Below, one piece after another: positions 35,879 through 45,176 of a DNA stretch of 64,000 nucleotides (the first letter of the stretch is position 1; every line of letters starts with the position of its first letter). Under the pieces are notes generated by a model, which saw nothing but the letters and a program-made list of their open reading frames with translations, searched no databases and was not told the DNA's origin. The stretch is from Candidatus Eiseniibacteriota bacterium. GTDB lineage: Bacteria; Eisenbacteria; RBG-16-71-46. The position numbers were made by a program, and so were the translations under genes. Location of the stretch: positions 1,888,001-1,952,000 of the forward strand of contig OY970178.1 of assembly GCA_963707915.1 (NCBI GenBank), read 5' to 3'.

Positions 35879-36690
35879 GCGAAGATCATCCGGAACAGCA
35901 CCGAGGCCAGGATGAAGTCGAGGATCAGGATCAGCACGCAGGAGCTCACCACCGCCATGGTGGTGGCCCGGCCCACGCCCTCGGCGCCGCCCTCGGTCTG
36001 GAAGCCGTGGTAGCAGCCCATCATGCCGATGATGCTGCCGAAGAACACCGCCTTCACCAGCCCCGAGAGCAGATCCTTCATCCGGAAGAACTCCTGCAGG
36101 CCCTGCAGGTAGATCGGCGACGGCACCTGCAGCGTCGTCACCGCCACCACGTAGCCGCCGAGGATGGCGATCGCGTCGGCGTAGATGGTGAGCACCGGCA
36201 GCATGAGGATCGCCGCCAGCACGCGCGGCGCCACCAGGTAGCGCGTCGGGTTGATGCCCATCGCGCGCAGCGCGTCGATCTGCTCGGTGACCTTCATGGT
36301 GCCCAGTTCGGCGGCGATCGAGGCGCCCACGCGGCCGCCGATCACCAGCGCGGTGAGCACCGGGCCGAGCTCGATCACCACCGAGCGCAGGATGACGCCG
36401 CTCAGGTACTTGAGCGGCACCACCGAGGTGAACTGGTAGGCCGCCTGCACCGCGGCCACGGCGCCGGTGAACAGGCTCACCACGATGACCAGCCAGAGCG
36501 AGTCCACGCCGATCGCGCTCATCTGCTGCGTGACCAGCCGGGCCGCCGGGAGCCGCCGCGAGCCGGCGCGGGTGGTCTCCAGCATCATGCTCGAGACGCG
36601 GCCGACCTCCGAGAGCCAGTCGCCCAGCCGCGCGCCCGCGTAGCGGAAGCCCTTGAGGGCGATGTCGTCGGGGGTCACGCCGTTCGGCAT
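35875..36690 (-). CDS. mlaE: MlaE-type ABC permease
   Basis: [43 protein letters not shown]. Confidence 0.93.
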   Translation of the reverse strand: MPNGVTPDDIALKGFRYAGARLGDWLSEVGRVSSMMLETTRAGSRRLPAARLVTQQMSAIGVDSLWLVIVVSLFTGAVAAVQAAYQFTSVVPLKYLSGVILRSVVIELGPVLTALVIGGRVGASIAAELGTMKVTEQIDALRAMGINPTRYLVAPRVLAAILMLPVLTIYADAIAILGGYVVAVTTLQVPSPIYLQGLQEFFRMKDLLSGLVKAVFFGSIIGMMGCYHGFQTEGGAEGVGRATTMAVVSSCVLILILDFILASVLFRMIFA

Positions 36691-36693
36691 GGG

Positions 36694-38085
36694 CTAGAAC
36701 TCCGGCGAGGTCTCGCCCTCGAACGACGGGGAATACGGGACGAACTTGGTGCTCTCGCGCAGGAACGTGAGCTTCACCTTGCCGGTCGGGCCGTTGCGCT
36801 GCTTGGCGATGATGATCTCCGCCTTGTTCGGCTCCGCTTCCTCGTTGTAGAGGATCTCGCGGTAGACGAACAGCACGAGGTCCGCGTCCTGCTCGATGCT
36901 GCCGCTCTCCCTCAGGTCCGAGAGCTGGGGGCGGCCGGTCTTGTCGCGGGTCTCGACGGCGCGCGAGAGCTGCGACAGGGCCAGGATGGGGATGTTGAGC
37001 TCCTTCGCCAGGCTCTTGAGCCCGCGGGTGATCTCGGAGATCTCCTGCACGCGGTTCTCGACCTTGACGCTCGAGCGGATGAGCTGCAGGTAGTCGATGA
37101 TCAGCATCCCGAGCCGGTTCTCCGCGCGCAGGCGGCGGCACTTGGCGCGGATCTCCATCAGGGTCGCGGCCGGCGAGTCGTCGATCAGGATGGGCGCGTC
37201 GTTGAGCAGGCCCGCGGCGGTGGTGAGCCGGGGCCAGTCCTCGTTGGTCAGCCGCCCGCTGCGCACGCGGTGCAGGTTGATGCCGCCCTGCGAGCAGAGC
37301 AGCCGCTGCGCCAGCTGCTCCTTGCTCATCTCGAGCGAGAAGACCGCGACCGGCACGCGCTCGTGCTTGCCGGTCGGGATGGCGGCGTTCTCGGCGAAGT
37401 TCAGCGCCAGCGCGCTCTTCCCCGCGCCCGGCCGCCCGGCCACGATCACCAGGTCGCTGTTCTGGAAGCCGGCGGTCAGCTCGTCCAGCTCGCTGTACCC
37501 GGTGGGCACGCCGGTCACCAGCGCCTGGCGCTCGAACATCCGCTGGATGTGCTCGAACGAGGGCTTGAGCAGGTCGCGCACCAGCACGAACCCGGCCCGC
37601 ACGCGCTGGTCGGTGATGGCGAAGATCTTCTGCTCCGCGCGGTCGAGGATGGCGGGCGTCTCGTCGCCGGCGGCGAAGGCCTCCTGCTGGATCTCGGTCG
37701 AGGCCTTGATGAGCTGCCGCAGGATGGCCTTCGAGTGGATGATGCGGATGTGGTGGTCGAGGTTCGCGGTGGTGCTCGCGTACTCGAGGATCTGCGCGAG
37801 CGCGGGCGGCCCGCCCACCGCCTCGAGCTCGCCGCGCTTGCGCAGCTCCTCCGAGAGCGTGACCAGGTCCGGCTTCTCGTTGCGCTCGTAGAGCGCGACG
37901 ATGGCCTCGTAGATCTTCTGGTGCGAGGTGCGGTAGAAGACCTTCGCGTCGATGGTCTCGACCGCGCGGCCGATGGCCTCGGCGTCGAGCAGCAGCGCCG
38001 CCAGCACCGAACGCTCGGCGTCGAGCGCCTGCGGCGGGGTCAGGGCTTCGCCGAACGACGCGGGGCCCGACATCGAGTCACTCAT
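36694..38085 (-). CDS. dnaB: Replicative DNA helicase
   Basis: [48 protein letters not shown]. Confidence 0.97.
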   Translation of the reverse strand: MSDSMSGPASFGEALTPPQALDAERSVLAALLLDAEAIGRAVETIDAKVFYRTSHQKIYEAIVALYERNEKPDLVTLSEELRKRGELEAVGGPPALAQILEYASTTANLDHHIRIIHSKAILRQLIKASTEIQQEAFAAGDETPAILDRAEQKIFAITDQRVRAGFVLVRDLLKPSFEHIQRMFERQALVTGVPTGYSELDELTAGFQNSDLVIVAGRPGAGKSALALNFAENAAIPTGKHERVPVAVFSLEMSKEQLAQRLLCSQGGINLHRVRSGRLTNEDWPRLTTAAGLLNDAPILIDDSPAATLMEIRAKCRRLRAENRLGMLIIDYLQLIRSSVKVENRVQEISEITRGLKSLAKELNIPILALSQLSRAVETRDKTGRPQLSDLRESGSIEQDADLVLFVYREILYNEEAEPNKAEIIIAKQRNGPTGKVKLTFLRESTKFVPYSPSFEGETSPEF

Positions 38086-38120
38086 GGCTGCTCCTCAACG
38101 CGGTCGCGCCCGGCGGGGCG

Positions 38121-38969
38121 TCAATCCGTCGGGTACTCGCGCGCCAGCAACTGCATGTCCTCCCACACCGGGCGCTTGAACTCCGGGTTCCGCAGCACCG
38201 CCGCGGGATGGTAGGTCACGATCAGCTTGGCGCCGCGGAAGCGGTGGACCTGGTTGCGCATGCTCCCGAGCGTCGCCTTGACGCCGAGCAGGTGCTCGCC
38301 CGCGGTCTTGCCCAGGCAGCAGACGATGCGCGGCTGGAGCACGTCGAGCTGGCGGTGCAGGAAGGGCGACGACTGCTCGACCTCGTGCGGCAGCGGCACG
38401 CGGTTCTCGGGCGGGCGGCAGTGGAGCACGTTGCCGATGAACACGGTCCGGCGGTCGAGCGGCACGCCCGGGATGAGGTGCGCGTCGTCCATCGCCTTGA
38501 TGATCTTGTCGAGCAGCTGCCCGCCCCGGCCCACGAACGGCTCGCCCAGGCGGTCCTCGTCGGCGCCCGGCGCCTCGCCGACGAAGACGATGCCGGAGAG
38601 GGCCGTCCCCACGCCGGGCACGGCCTGGTTGCGCGTCTCGCACAGGCCGCACTGCCGGCAGGCCCGCACCTCGGCGGCGATCTGCTCGAGCACCGGCGCC
38701 GCCGCCGCCGCGATGGCCCGCCGCGGGGCGAGGTCGGGCGCCGGCGGCGCGGCGACGGGCGGCGCGACCGGCGCGCGCACCGCGGCCCGTGGCGCCGCTT
38801 CGGGCCGCGCGGCCGGCACGGGCGGCGGGACCGCCGCCACGGGCTTCGCGGCCGACGGCCGCTTCACGCGCGCGACCAGCTCGGCGTTGCCCGCGGCCCG
38901 CTCGAGCTCGAGATGCCGCCGCACGCTGCGCACGACGGCCGCGGCCTCCTTCCTCGGGTCGTCGCTCAT
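38121..38969 (-). CDS. Family 4 uracil-DNA glycosylase with Pro/Ala-rich N-terminal extension
   Basis: CRQCGLC, GEAPG..ED..GEPFVG, CRPPENR, YHPAA. Confidence 0.92.
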   Translation of the reverse strand: MSDDPRKEAAAVVRSVRRHLELERAAGNAELVARVKRPSAAKPVAAVPPPVPAARPEAAPRAAVRAPVAPPVAAPPAPDLAPRRAIAAAAAPVLEQIAAEVRACRQCGLCETRNQAVPGVGTALSGIVFVGEAPGADEDRLGEPFVGRGGQLLDKIIKAMDDAHLIPGVPLDRRTVFIGNVLHCRPPENRVPLPHEVEQSSPFLHRQLDVLQPRIVCCLGKTAGEHLLGVKATLGSMRNQVHRFRGAKLIVTYHPAAVLRNPEFKRPVWEDMQLLAREYPTD

Positions 38970-40351
38970 CGCCCCTTCCCGCCGCGCTTCGGCTTCGCGG
39001 ACGCACGCCCGGCCTTCGCGGCCACGCGCCCCGCCTTCGCGGCCACGCGCCCCGCCTTCGCGGACGCGGCGACGGCCTTCGCCGCAGGCCGGCGCGCCGC
39101 GCGCAGCTCGAGCACGCGGTCGAGGATCGCCTCGGCGACCTCGCGCTTGCTCTGCTCGGGCAGCTCGCGCGCGGTGCGCGCCTCGACCAGCGTCACCACG
39201 GTGGTCTCGCCGCCGATGCCCTGGTCGGGCGCGTTGAGCGCCACCAGGTCGAGCCCCTTGGCCGCGAGCTTCTCGCGCGCCCGCGCCAGCCCGCGCGAGG
39301 TCTCCAGCGCGAACCCGACGAACACCTGTCCCGGCCGGCGTGCCGCGGTGAGGCCCGCGAGGATGTCGGGGTTGGGCTCGAGCGCCAGCGTCACCGGCGC
39401 CGCGCCGCGCTTGAGCTTCTCGCGCGCCGCGCGGGCCGGCCGGTAGTCGGCCACCGCCGCGGCCATCAGCACCACGTCCGCGCGGGCCGCCGCGCGCTTC
39501 ATCGCGCGCTCCATCTCGAGCGCGGTCGTCACGGTCGCCAGCGCCACGCCCAGCGGCGGCTCGATGCTCGCGGGCCCGGCGACCAGCGTCACCTCGGCCC
39601 CGCGGTCGCGCGCCGCCTCGGCCAGCGCGAAGCCCATGCGCCCGCTCGAGCGGTTGGTGAGCACGCGCACCGGGTCGATCGGCTCCTCGGTGCGCCCCGC
39701 GCCGACCAGCACGCGCACGCCCGCGAGGCCCGCGCGCCGCGCCGCCACGCGCTCGACCGCCGCGCCGATCTCCTCGATCTCGGCCAGCCGTCCCGGCCCC
39801 ACCAGCCCCGAGGCCAGCTCGCCGCTCGCCGGGCCGACGATGACCGCGCCGCGGCGGCGCAGCACCTGCACGTTCTCCTGGGTCGCCGGGTGGCGCCACA
39901 TGCCGAAGTCCATCGAGGGGCAGACCACCAGCCGCGCGCGGCTCGCCAGCACGATGGTGGTGAGCGCATCGGGCGTTTCGCCGTGCACCAGCCGCGCCAT
40001 CAGGTGCGCGGTGGCCGGCGCCAGCACCACGACGTCGGCGGCCTCGGCCAGGTCGATGTGCCCCACCTTGCCGGTGGTCTTGCGGCGCGCGGCCTCCGGC
40101 AGCACCAGCTCGTGCTTCTGCTCGTCCCAGAGCGTGGTGATGACCGGGTTGCCCGACAGCGCCTCGAAGGTGAGCGGCGTGACGAAGCGCTCGGCCGACG
40201 GGGTCATGACCACGACCACCGCGGCCTCGCGGCGTCGTAGCCAGCGCACCAGCTCGCAGGTCTTGTAGGCGGCGATGCCGCCCGAGACCCCGACCAGGAC
40301 GGTGCGGCCGCGCAGCACGGCGGGCCTAGGCTTCGGGCGCCGGAGTGTCAT
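38966..40351 (-). CDS. coaBC: Phosphopantothenoylcysteine decarboxylase/ligase
   Basis: GVSGGIAAYK, HIDLA, EPIDPVR..TNRSSGRMG, AAVADY, VGFALE. Confidence 0.95.
   Translation of the reverse strand: MTLRRPKPRPAVLRGRTVLVGVSGGIAAYKTCELVRWLRRREAAVVVVMTPSAERFVTPLTFEALSGNPVITTLWDEQKHELVLPEAARRKTTGKVGHIDLAEAADVVVLAPATAHLMARLVHGETPDALTTIVLASRARLVVCPSMDFGMWRHPATQENVQVLRRRGAVIVGPASGELASGLVGPGRLAEIEEIGAAVERVAARRAGLAGVRVLVGAGRTEEPIDPVRVLTNRSSGRMGFALAEAARDRGAEVTLVAGPASIEPPLGVALATVTTALEMERAMKRAAARADVVLMAAAVADYRPARAAREKLKRGAAPVTLALEPNPDILAGLTAARRPGQVFVGFALETSRGLARAREKLAAKGLDLVALNAPDQGIGGETTVVTLVEARTARELPEQSKREVAEAILDRVLELRAARRPAAKAVAASAKAGRVAAKAGRVAAKAGRASAKPKRGGKGR
39012..39063. repeat. 21-bp tandem repeat (~2.5 copies) encoding an AKAGRVA tail of CoaBC
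   Basis: gccttcgcggccacgcgcccc twice plus a partial copy. Confidence 0.8.
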
Positions 40352-40535
40352 CGTAGAGGAACGGGACCTCCTGGCGGATCGTGCGCTCGAGCGCGGTGGC
40401 CGTCACCTTGCCGATGATGTTCTCGCCGGTGCGGCGCGACCAGTCGTTCAGCCGGCGCGCCTCGCGCGAGGCGATGATGCAGAGCTCGTACTTGTTCGAG
40501 CCCCGGGGCGGGATCAGCGATGCGAGCTTCGTCAT
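40326..40535 (-). CDS. rpoZ: RNA polymerase omega subunit
   Basis: NKYELCIIASREARRL; lies between gmk and coaBC. Confidence 0.85.
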   Translation of the reverse strand: MTKLASLIPPRGSNKYELCIIASREARRLNDWSRRTGENIIGKVTATALERTIRQEVPFLYDDTPAPEA

Positions 40536-40569
40536 GGGAGGCGTTTCTCCTCGTTGAGGGTCGTGGGTC

Positions 40570-41241
40570 TCAGGTCGCAGGCTGCAGGCGCCGCACGCGG
40601 GCGCGCTCGGCGTCCACGATCGCGGTCAGGCGGGCGACCGCCTGCTCCAGGTCGTCGTTCACCACCAGGTAGTCGTATTCGCGCCACTCGGCCAGCTCGC
40701 CGGGGGCGTTCTTGAGCCGCGTCTCGACCACGTCGGGCGCGTCGGTGCCGCGCTTGAGCAGCCGCTTGCGCAGCGCGTCGATCGAGGGCGGGTGGACGAA
40801 CACCGAGACCGCGTCCTTGCGCGCGCGGCGCACGCTGGCGCCGCCCTGCACGTCCACGTCGAGCACCACCACGCGGCCGGCCTGCACCTGCTCGTCCACG
40901 AACCTCGCCGGCGTGGCGTAGAGGTGGTTGTGCACCTCGGCCCACTCGAGGAAGCGCCCCGCCGAGCGGCGCCGCTCGAACTCCTCGCGCGCGACGAACT
41001 CGTACTGCACGCCGTCCTCCTCGGTCGAGCGCCGCGGGCGCGTGGTCGCCGAGATCGAGAACACGCACTCCGGCCGCGCGGCCACCAGCCGGTCCACCAG
41101 CGTGCCCTTCCCGGCGCCGCTCGGCCCCGAGAGCACCAGCAGGAAGCCGCCGGGCGCGAAGCGGAACGGCGCGCCGCCCGCCGGCTCCGCCGCAGCGGCC
41201 CGCGTGCCTGGCATGTCGGGACCCGGTGCCAGCACGCTCAC
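40570..41241 (-). CDS. gmk: Guanylate kinase
   Basis: GPSGAGKGT, SATTRPRR, FLEWAEVH, DVDVQG, YDYLVVNDDL. Confidence 0.95.
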   Translation of the reverse strand: MSVLAPGPDMPGTRAAAAEPAGGAPFRFAPGGFLLVLSGPSGAGKGTLVDRLVAARPECVFSISATTRPRRSTEEDGVQYEFVAREEFERRRSAGRFLEWAEVHNHLYATPARFVDEQVQAGRVVVLDVDVQGGASVRRARKDAVSVFVHPPSIDALRKRLLKRGTDAPDVVETRLKNAPGELAEWREYDYLVVNDDLEQAVARLTAIVDAERARVRRLQPAT

Positions 41242-42116
41242 TCCACGTTCTGCACCTGCTCGCGCAGGCGCTCGATCTCTTCCTTCATCACGATCACCGC
41301 GCGCGCCACCTCGACGTCGTTGGCCTTCGAGCCGATGGTGTTGGCCTCGCGGTTCATCTCCTGCAGCAGGAAGTTGAGCTTGCGGCCGGCCTGCTCGGGG
41401 CCGTCGATCAGCGAGTGGAACTGGTCCAGGTGGGCCGAGAGCCGCACGCACTCCTCGGTGAAGTCGAGGCGGTCGGCCATCATCGCGACCTCCTGGGCGA
41501 CCCGCACCGGGTCCATCTCGATGTCGGCGAGCAGCACCTTGAGGCGCGCCATCAGGCGCTCCTTGGCCTCGAGCGGGCGCTGCGGCGCGCGCTCGGCCAC
41601 CACGTCGAGCTGCTCGCGCACCAGCTTGAGCCGCTGCACCGAGTCCTTCGCCAGCGCCTGGCCCTCGCGCGCCTTCATCACGTCCATGCTGTCGCAGGCG
41701 CGGGTCACCAGGTCCTTGACCACCGCCCAGGTGTCCTCGTCCGAGAGCGCGGTGTGCTCCCAGGCGAAGACGTCGGGCAGCGCGGCCAGGGTGCGCAGGT
41801 CGAGCCCGCTGTCGAGGTGGTAGCGCGTCCGCAGCTTCTCGAGCAGGGCGACGTAGCGGTCGGCCACCAGCTCGTTGACCTTCAGCTCCTCGCCGGTCTC
41901 GCCCGCGCCCGACCAGGTGATGGTCAGGTTGAACTTGCCGCGCGAGAAACGGTCGGCGATGAGCTGGCGGATGCGGTCCTCGAACAGGCTCACCACCTTG
42001 GGCGAGCGCAGCGAGACTTCGCAGAAACGGTGGTTCACCGACCGGATCTCTGCGGTCAGACTCAAGCCGTCGCGGTCCAGCTCGGCCGAGCCGAACCCGG
42101 TCATGCTTCGGATCAT
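41238..42116 (-). CDS. yicC: YicC/YloC family endoribonuclease
   Basis: MIRSMTGFG, RSVNHRF, GRKLNFLLQEMNREANTIGSK, REQVQNVE. Confidence 0.95.
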   Translation of the reverse strand: MIRSMTGFGSAELDRDGLSLTAEIRSVNHRFCEVSLRSPKVVSLFEDRIRQLIADRFSRGKFNLTITWSGAGETGEELKVNELVADRYVALLEKLRTRYHLDSGLDLRTLAALPDVFAWEHTALSDEDTWAVVKDLVTRACDSMDVMKAREGQALAKDSVQRLKLVREQLDVVAERAPQRPLEAKERLMARLKVLLADIEMDPVRVAQEVAMMADRLDFTEECVRLSAHLDQFHSLIDGPEQAGRKLNFLLQEMNREANTIGSKANDVEVARAVIVMKEEIERLREQVQNVE

Positions 42117-42140
42117 GGGAACCTCCTGCGGGGAGCGGCC

Positions 42141-42170
42141 AAAGTAGGCTACCGGGGTCCGAAAAGTCAA
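42141..42170 (-). promoter_or_regulatory. sigma70 promoter of the yicC operon
   Basis: TTGACT-N18-TACTTT. Confidence 0.55.
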
Positions 42171-42279
42171 AGCAGTGGCGCGATTTGCGGGGGATTTCGC
42201 CGATCCGCGCACGGCCGCGGTCGCCCACCGGGTTTCCACCGGCGCGTGGGGATAGCGGCCGGAGAGGCCGCGGGAGCGC

Positions 42280-42669
42280 CTACTCGTCGTCCTCGTCGTG
42301 CCCTGGCTTGCCGAAGAGGCCCTCGAGCTTCTTGCGCGCGTCGCTCGGGTGCGGCGCGTCCGGCGGGACGGGCCCGCCGAACAGGCTCTCGAGTCGGGCG
42401 CGAGCCTCGGCCTCGCGCCGGTTCTCGCCCGTGCCCGCCACGAACGAGCGGCGGTTGAACGAGAAGAACTCGCAGAAGTTGCGGCGCGCCTTGTCCTCGA
42501 CCAGCTCGGCCTCGGTCTCGCGGCAGGAGTTGTTGCGCGCGTCGTCGTGGTGCCGGCAGTTCATGCAGCAGCGCAGGTCCCGATGGCAGCCCTCGCACTC
42601 GCTGTCGCGCGGGATCGGCTCGTCGTACGGCACCGCCTTGCCGCAGGCCTGGCACTGGATCTGTGGCAT
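42280..42669 (-). CDS. Cys-rich (Zn-binding) hypothetical protein, 129 aa
   Basis: CQAC..CEGC..CCMNCRHH..C..NFCEFF. Confidence 0.8.
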   Translation of the reverse strand: MPQIQCQACGKAVPYDEPIPRDSECEGCHRDLRCCMNCRHHDDARNNSCRETEAELVEDKARRNFCEFFSFNRRSFVAGTGENRREAEARARLESLFGGPVPPDAPHPSDARKKLEGLFGKPGHDEDDE

Positions 42670-42799
42670 GACCCGAGCGTGCGCCCCGACGCAGGGGCGA
42701 GTCAAGAGTCCAGTGCGCGCGGTCCGGTGCGCGCCGCTGCCCGCGGCGTGCGAGCGGCGGGGCCGGCGCGAAGCGGAACCTGAGGTGCCGCCCCCGCCG

Positions 42800-43354
42800 C
42801 TACTTCCGCCCCGTGCCCGCCGACACGCGGCGCAGCGTGCCGGTGAGGTAGCGCGCGAGCGTGCCGCCCGGCGGGGCGGTGTCGAAGCCGACCTCGAGGG
42901 CGCCATCGGGCTTCGCCTCGTAGGTCAGGCGGAAGCGCGGCCCGCCCGGCGCTCCATCGCTGTCGAACGCCACGCGACCGGCGCCCTCGCCGAAGGAGAG
43001 GCGGTACTCGATGACGTGACCCTCGTTGTCGAAGTAGATGGCGCGGAAGGCGGAGTCTCGTTCCGGATACACCAGGAGCAGGTCCTGGTGCGAGAACGCC
43101 GCGCGCCCGGGTGTCGCCGGGTAGTCGGCGCGGTTGCGCCGCACCAGGATGCGGCCATCGAGGTCGAGCGCGAAGCTGCAGCTCCCGCCCCCGGCGCCGG
43201 GACCGCCCGCGCCCTCACCCGTCCATTCACCGAACAGGAAGCGCAGGCGCTCCCACCGATCGGCCTTCGCGGCGTCGGCGGCCGCGGCGGGCCGGGCGGG
43301 GATCGGAGCCACGAGAAGCGCGAGCGACAGGAACACCAGCGGGCGGAGTCTCAT
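42800..43354 (-). CDS. Secreted hypothetical protein, possibly calycin/nitrobindin-like beta-barrel
   Basis: Signal peptide; L..L.GEWTGEG motif; YFDNEGH. Confidence 0.7.
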   Translation of the reverse strand: MRLRPLVFLSLALLVAPIPARPAAAADAAKADRWERLRFLFGEWTGEGAGGPGAGGGSCSFALDLDGRILVRRNRADYPATPGRAAFSHQDLLLVYPERDSAFRAIYFDNEGHVIEYRLSFGEGAGRVAFDSDGAPGGPRFRLTYEAKPDGALEVGFDTAPPGGTLARYLTGTLRRVSAGTGRK

Positions 43355-43528
43355 GGCGGGCGACCTCCGAGATCGTGTCCGGCGCCCCGACCCGCCACCA
43401 GCGGGTGCCCGGGTGCCGGCTGCCGGCGATTCTGACCCATGGATGGGCGGGAGCGCCAGCCGGACGGCCCGGCAGGAACGGCACAGTGGGCACGCCGGCC
43501 GCATCGGTGCGGCCGGCGCGCTGGGGCT

Positions 43529-43837
43529 CTAGCGGTTCGACGCCGCCGCCCCGCCCACGACCTGGTAGATCTCGCGGCTGCCCGAGACGTACATCTCGGT
43601 GTAGCCCTTCATGCGGTCGCGGATGCCGGGCTTCTCCATGTGCTCCTTCATCCGACGGCCGTGCTCTTCGAGGCTCTCGACCTCGGTCTCCATGATGACC
43701 GTGTTGAACGGACCGACGAAGTCCGTCAGCACCCGCGTGTTCAGATGGTGCTCCTCGGCCACGACCTCGGCGAACAACCTGGCGAGCTTCGATGCCATGC
43801 CGGGCTTCGCGGTGAACGTCTCGCGGATGACGAACAT
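43529..43837 (-). CDS. NIPSNAP/ABM-like dimeric alpha+beta barrel protein
   Basis: MFVIRETFTAKPG...TDFVGPFNTVIMETEVESL...GSREIY; GAGGAG RBS. Confidence 0.7.
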   Translation of the reverse strand: MFVIRETFTAKPGMASKLARLFAEVVAEEHHLNTRVLTDFVGPFNTVIMETEVESLEEHGRRMKEHMEKPGIRDRMKGYTEMYVSGSREIYQVVGGAAASNR

Positions 43838-44100
43838 GGGAACCACTCCTCTCTCGGTTGCGGCGGCACCTGCGTGGGCCGACCGCGACCGGTCCGGACT
43901 CGCGACCCTGCTTCCCCGGGCCCTGCTCCCGCGGCGGCCGCAGGAGCCCGTCAGCGATGTCCTTTCGGATGGTCCTGCGGGGCGAAAGGAGCGCGCGCGT
44001 TTCGCGGGCGTGCCGCTGGCACGACAGCTCCCCGGCCCGCGGCGCCGGCGCGGTTCCGGCCGGTTGCCGGGCCCGGGCGGCTGCACTAGCTTCAGCCGTC

Positions 44101-45111
44101 ATGGACCGACCTGAGCCGGAGTCCGCCGCGTCGCAGGAGCGGGAACGCTTCGCGCAGGCCGTGCGCGCGCTGCGCAAGTACCGCGGTCGCCTGGCGCGCA
44201 AGCTCGAGGCGCTGCAGAGCGACCTGGCCGAGGCCGAGCGCGCGCCCCAGTTCCGCCGCTTCGGCGAGACGCTTCTGACCTACATGCGCCAGGTCCCCAC
44301 GCGCGCCGCGAGCGTCGCGCTGCCCGACCCGCACGACCCCGCCGTCACGCACGAGATCCCGCTCGAGCCCGGGCTCAACGCGCAGGGCAACGCCGCGCGC
44401 TATTTCAAGCGCGCCGCCAAGGGCGAGCGCGGGCTCAAGCAGGTGCCGCCGCGGCTCGGCGCCGTCGAGGCCGAGCTGCACGCGCTCGAGGTGCTGATCG
44501 AGCGGGCGCGACCGCTGCTGGAGCTGGTGGCCGAGGGCGGGCACCCCGCGCCCGACCACGCGCTGGCGCACGCCCTGGAGACGACGCTGGCGCGGCTGCC
44601 CGAGACCGTGCGCGACAGCATCGGCGCGCCGGAGATCGCCAGGGCGCCGGGCGCCGCCGGCCCGCGCGGGCGCAACGCCGAGCCGCTGCCCGCCGCGGTC
44701 GCTGCCGGCGAGGAGCGCGCCCCGTCCGCGCGACTGCAGCCGCGGCGGCTCAAGACCGCCGAGGGCTGGGACGTGCTGATCGGACGCACCAGTGACGGCA
44801 ACGACTACCTGACCCACCGGCTGGCGCGGCCCGAGGATTACTGGTTCCACGTCGGCGGCGGGGTGAGCGGCTCGCACGTGGTGCTGCGGCGCGGCAAGGG
44901 CAAGAACGAGCCCTCGAAGCAGACCATCGAGGAGGTCGCGGCCTGGACCGCGTTCTACTCCCAGGCCCGCACCGCGGGCCGGGTGCCGGTCATCGTCACG
45001 CGCAAGAAGTACGTGCGGAAACCGCGCGGCGGGAAGGCGGGGCTGGCGCTGGTCGAGCGGGAGAAGAGCGTGATGGTGCGGCCGCGGGAGCCGGAGATGC
45101 CGCAAGGATAG
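44101..45111 (+). CDS. RqcH/FbpA-like protein with coiled-coil, M and NFACT-R domains only
   Basis: IPLEPGLNAQGNAARYFKRAAK; IGRTSDGNDYLT..DYWFHV..SGSHVV..KYVRKP. Confidence 0.85.
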   Translation: MDRPEPESAASQERERFAQAVRALRKYRGRLARKLEALQSDLAEAERAPQFRRFGETLLTYMRQVPTRAASVALPDPHDPAVTHEIPLEPGLNAQGNAARYFKRAAKGERGLKQVPPRLGAVEAELHALEVLIERARPLLELVAEGGHPAPDHALAHALETTLARLPETVRDSIGAPEIARAPGAAGPRGRNAEPLPAAVAAGEERAPSARLQPRRLKTAEGWDVLIGRTSDGNDYLTHRLARPEDYWFHVGGGVSGSHVVLRRGKGKNEPSKQTIEEVAAWTAFYSQARTAGRVPVIVTRKKYVRKPRGGKAGLALVEREKSVMVRPREPEMPQG

Positions 45112-45123
45112 GCCGCGCCCCGT

Positions 45124-45160
45124 CGACACGGCGGCCGCCCAGTGCAGGTGGCCGCCGTGT
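45124..45160. terminator. Hairpin between convergent genes
   Basis: GACACGGCGGCCGCC-N7-GGTGGCCGCCGTGTC. Confidence 0.7.
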
Positions 45161-45176
45161 CTCGAGTCCATTCCCG

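Noticed and set aside
44017..44035. TGGCAC motifs at ~44017 and 54601 as extra sigma54 promoters
   Set aside because: Both lack the GC at -12 with GG-N10-GC spacing; 54601 fits a sigma70 -35 better.
43858..44100. N-terminal extension of the RqcH-like ORF
   Set aside because: Low-complexity R/G/P/A sequence in a divergent intergenic region with no NFACT-N resemblance.
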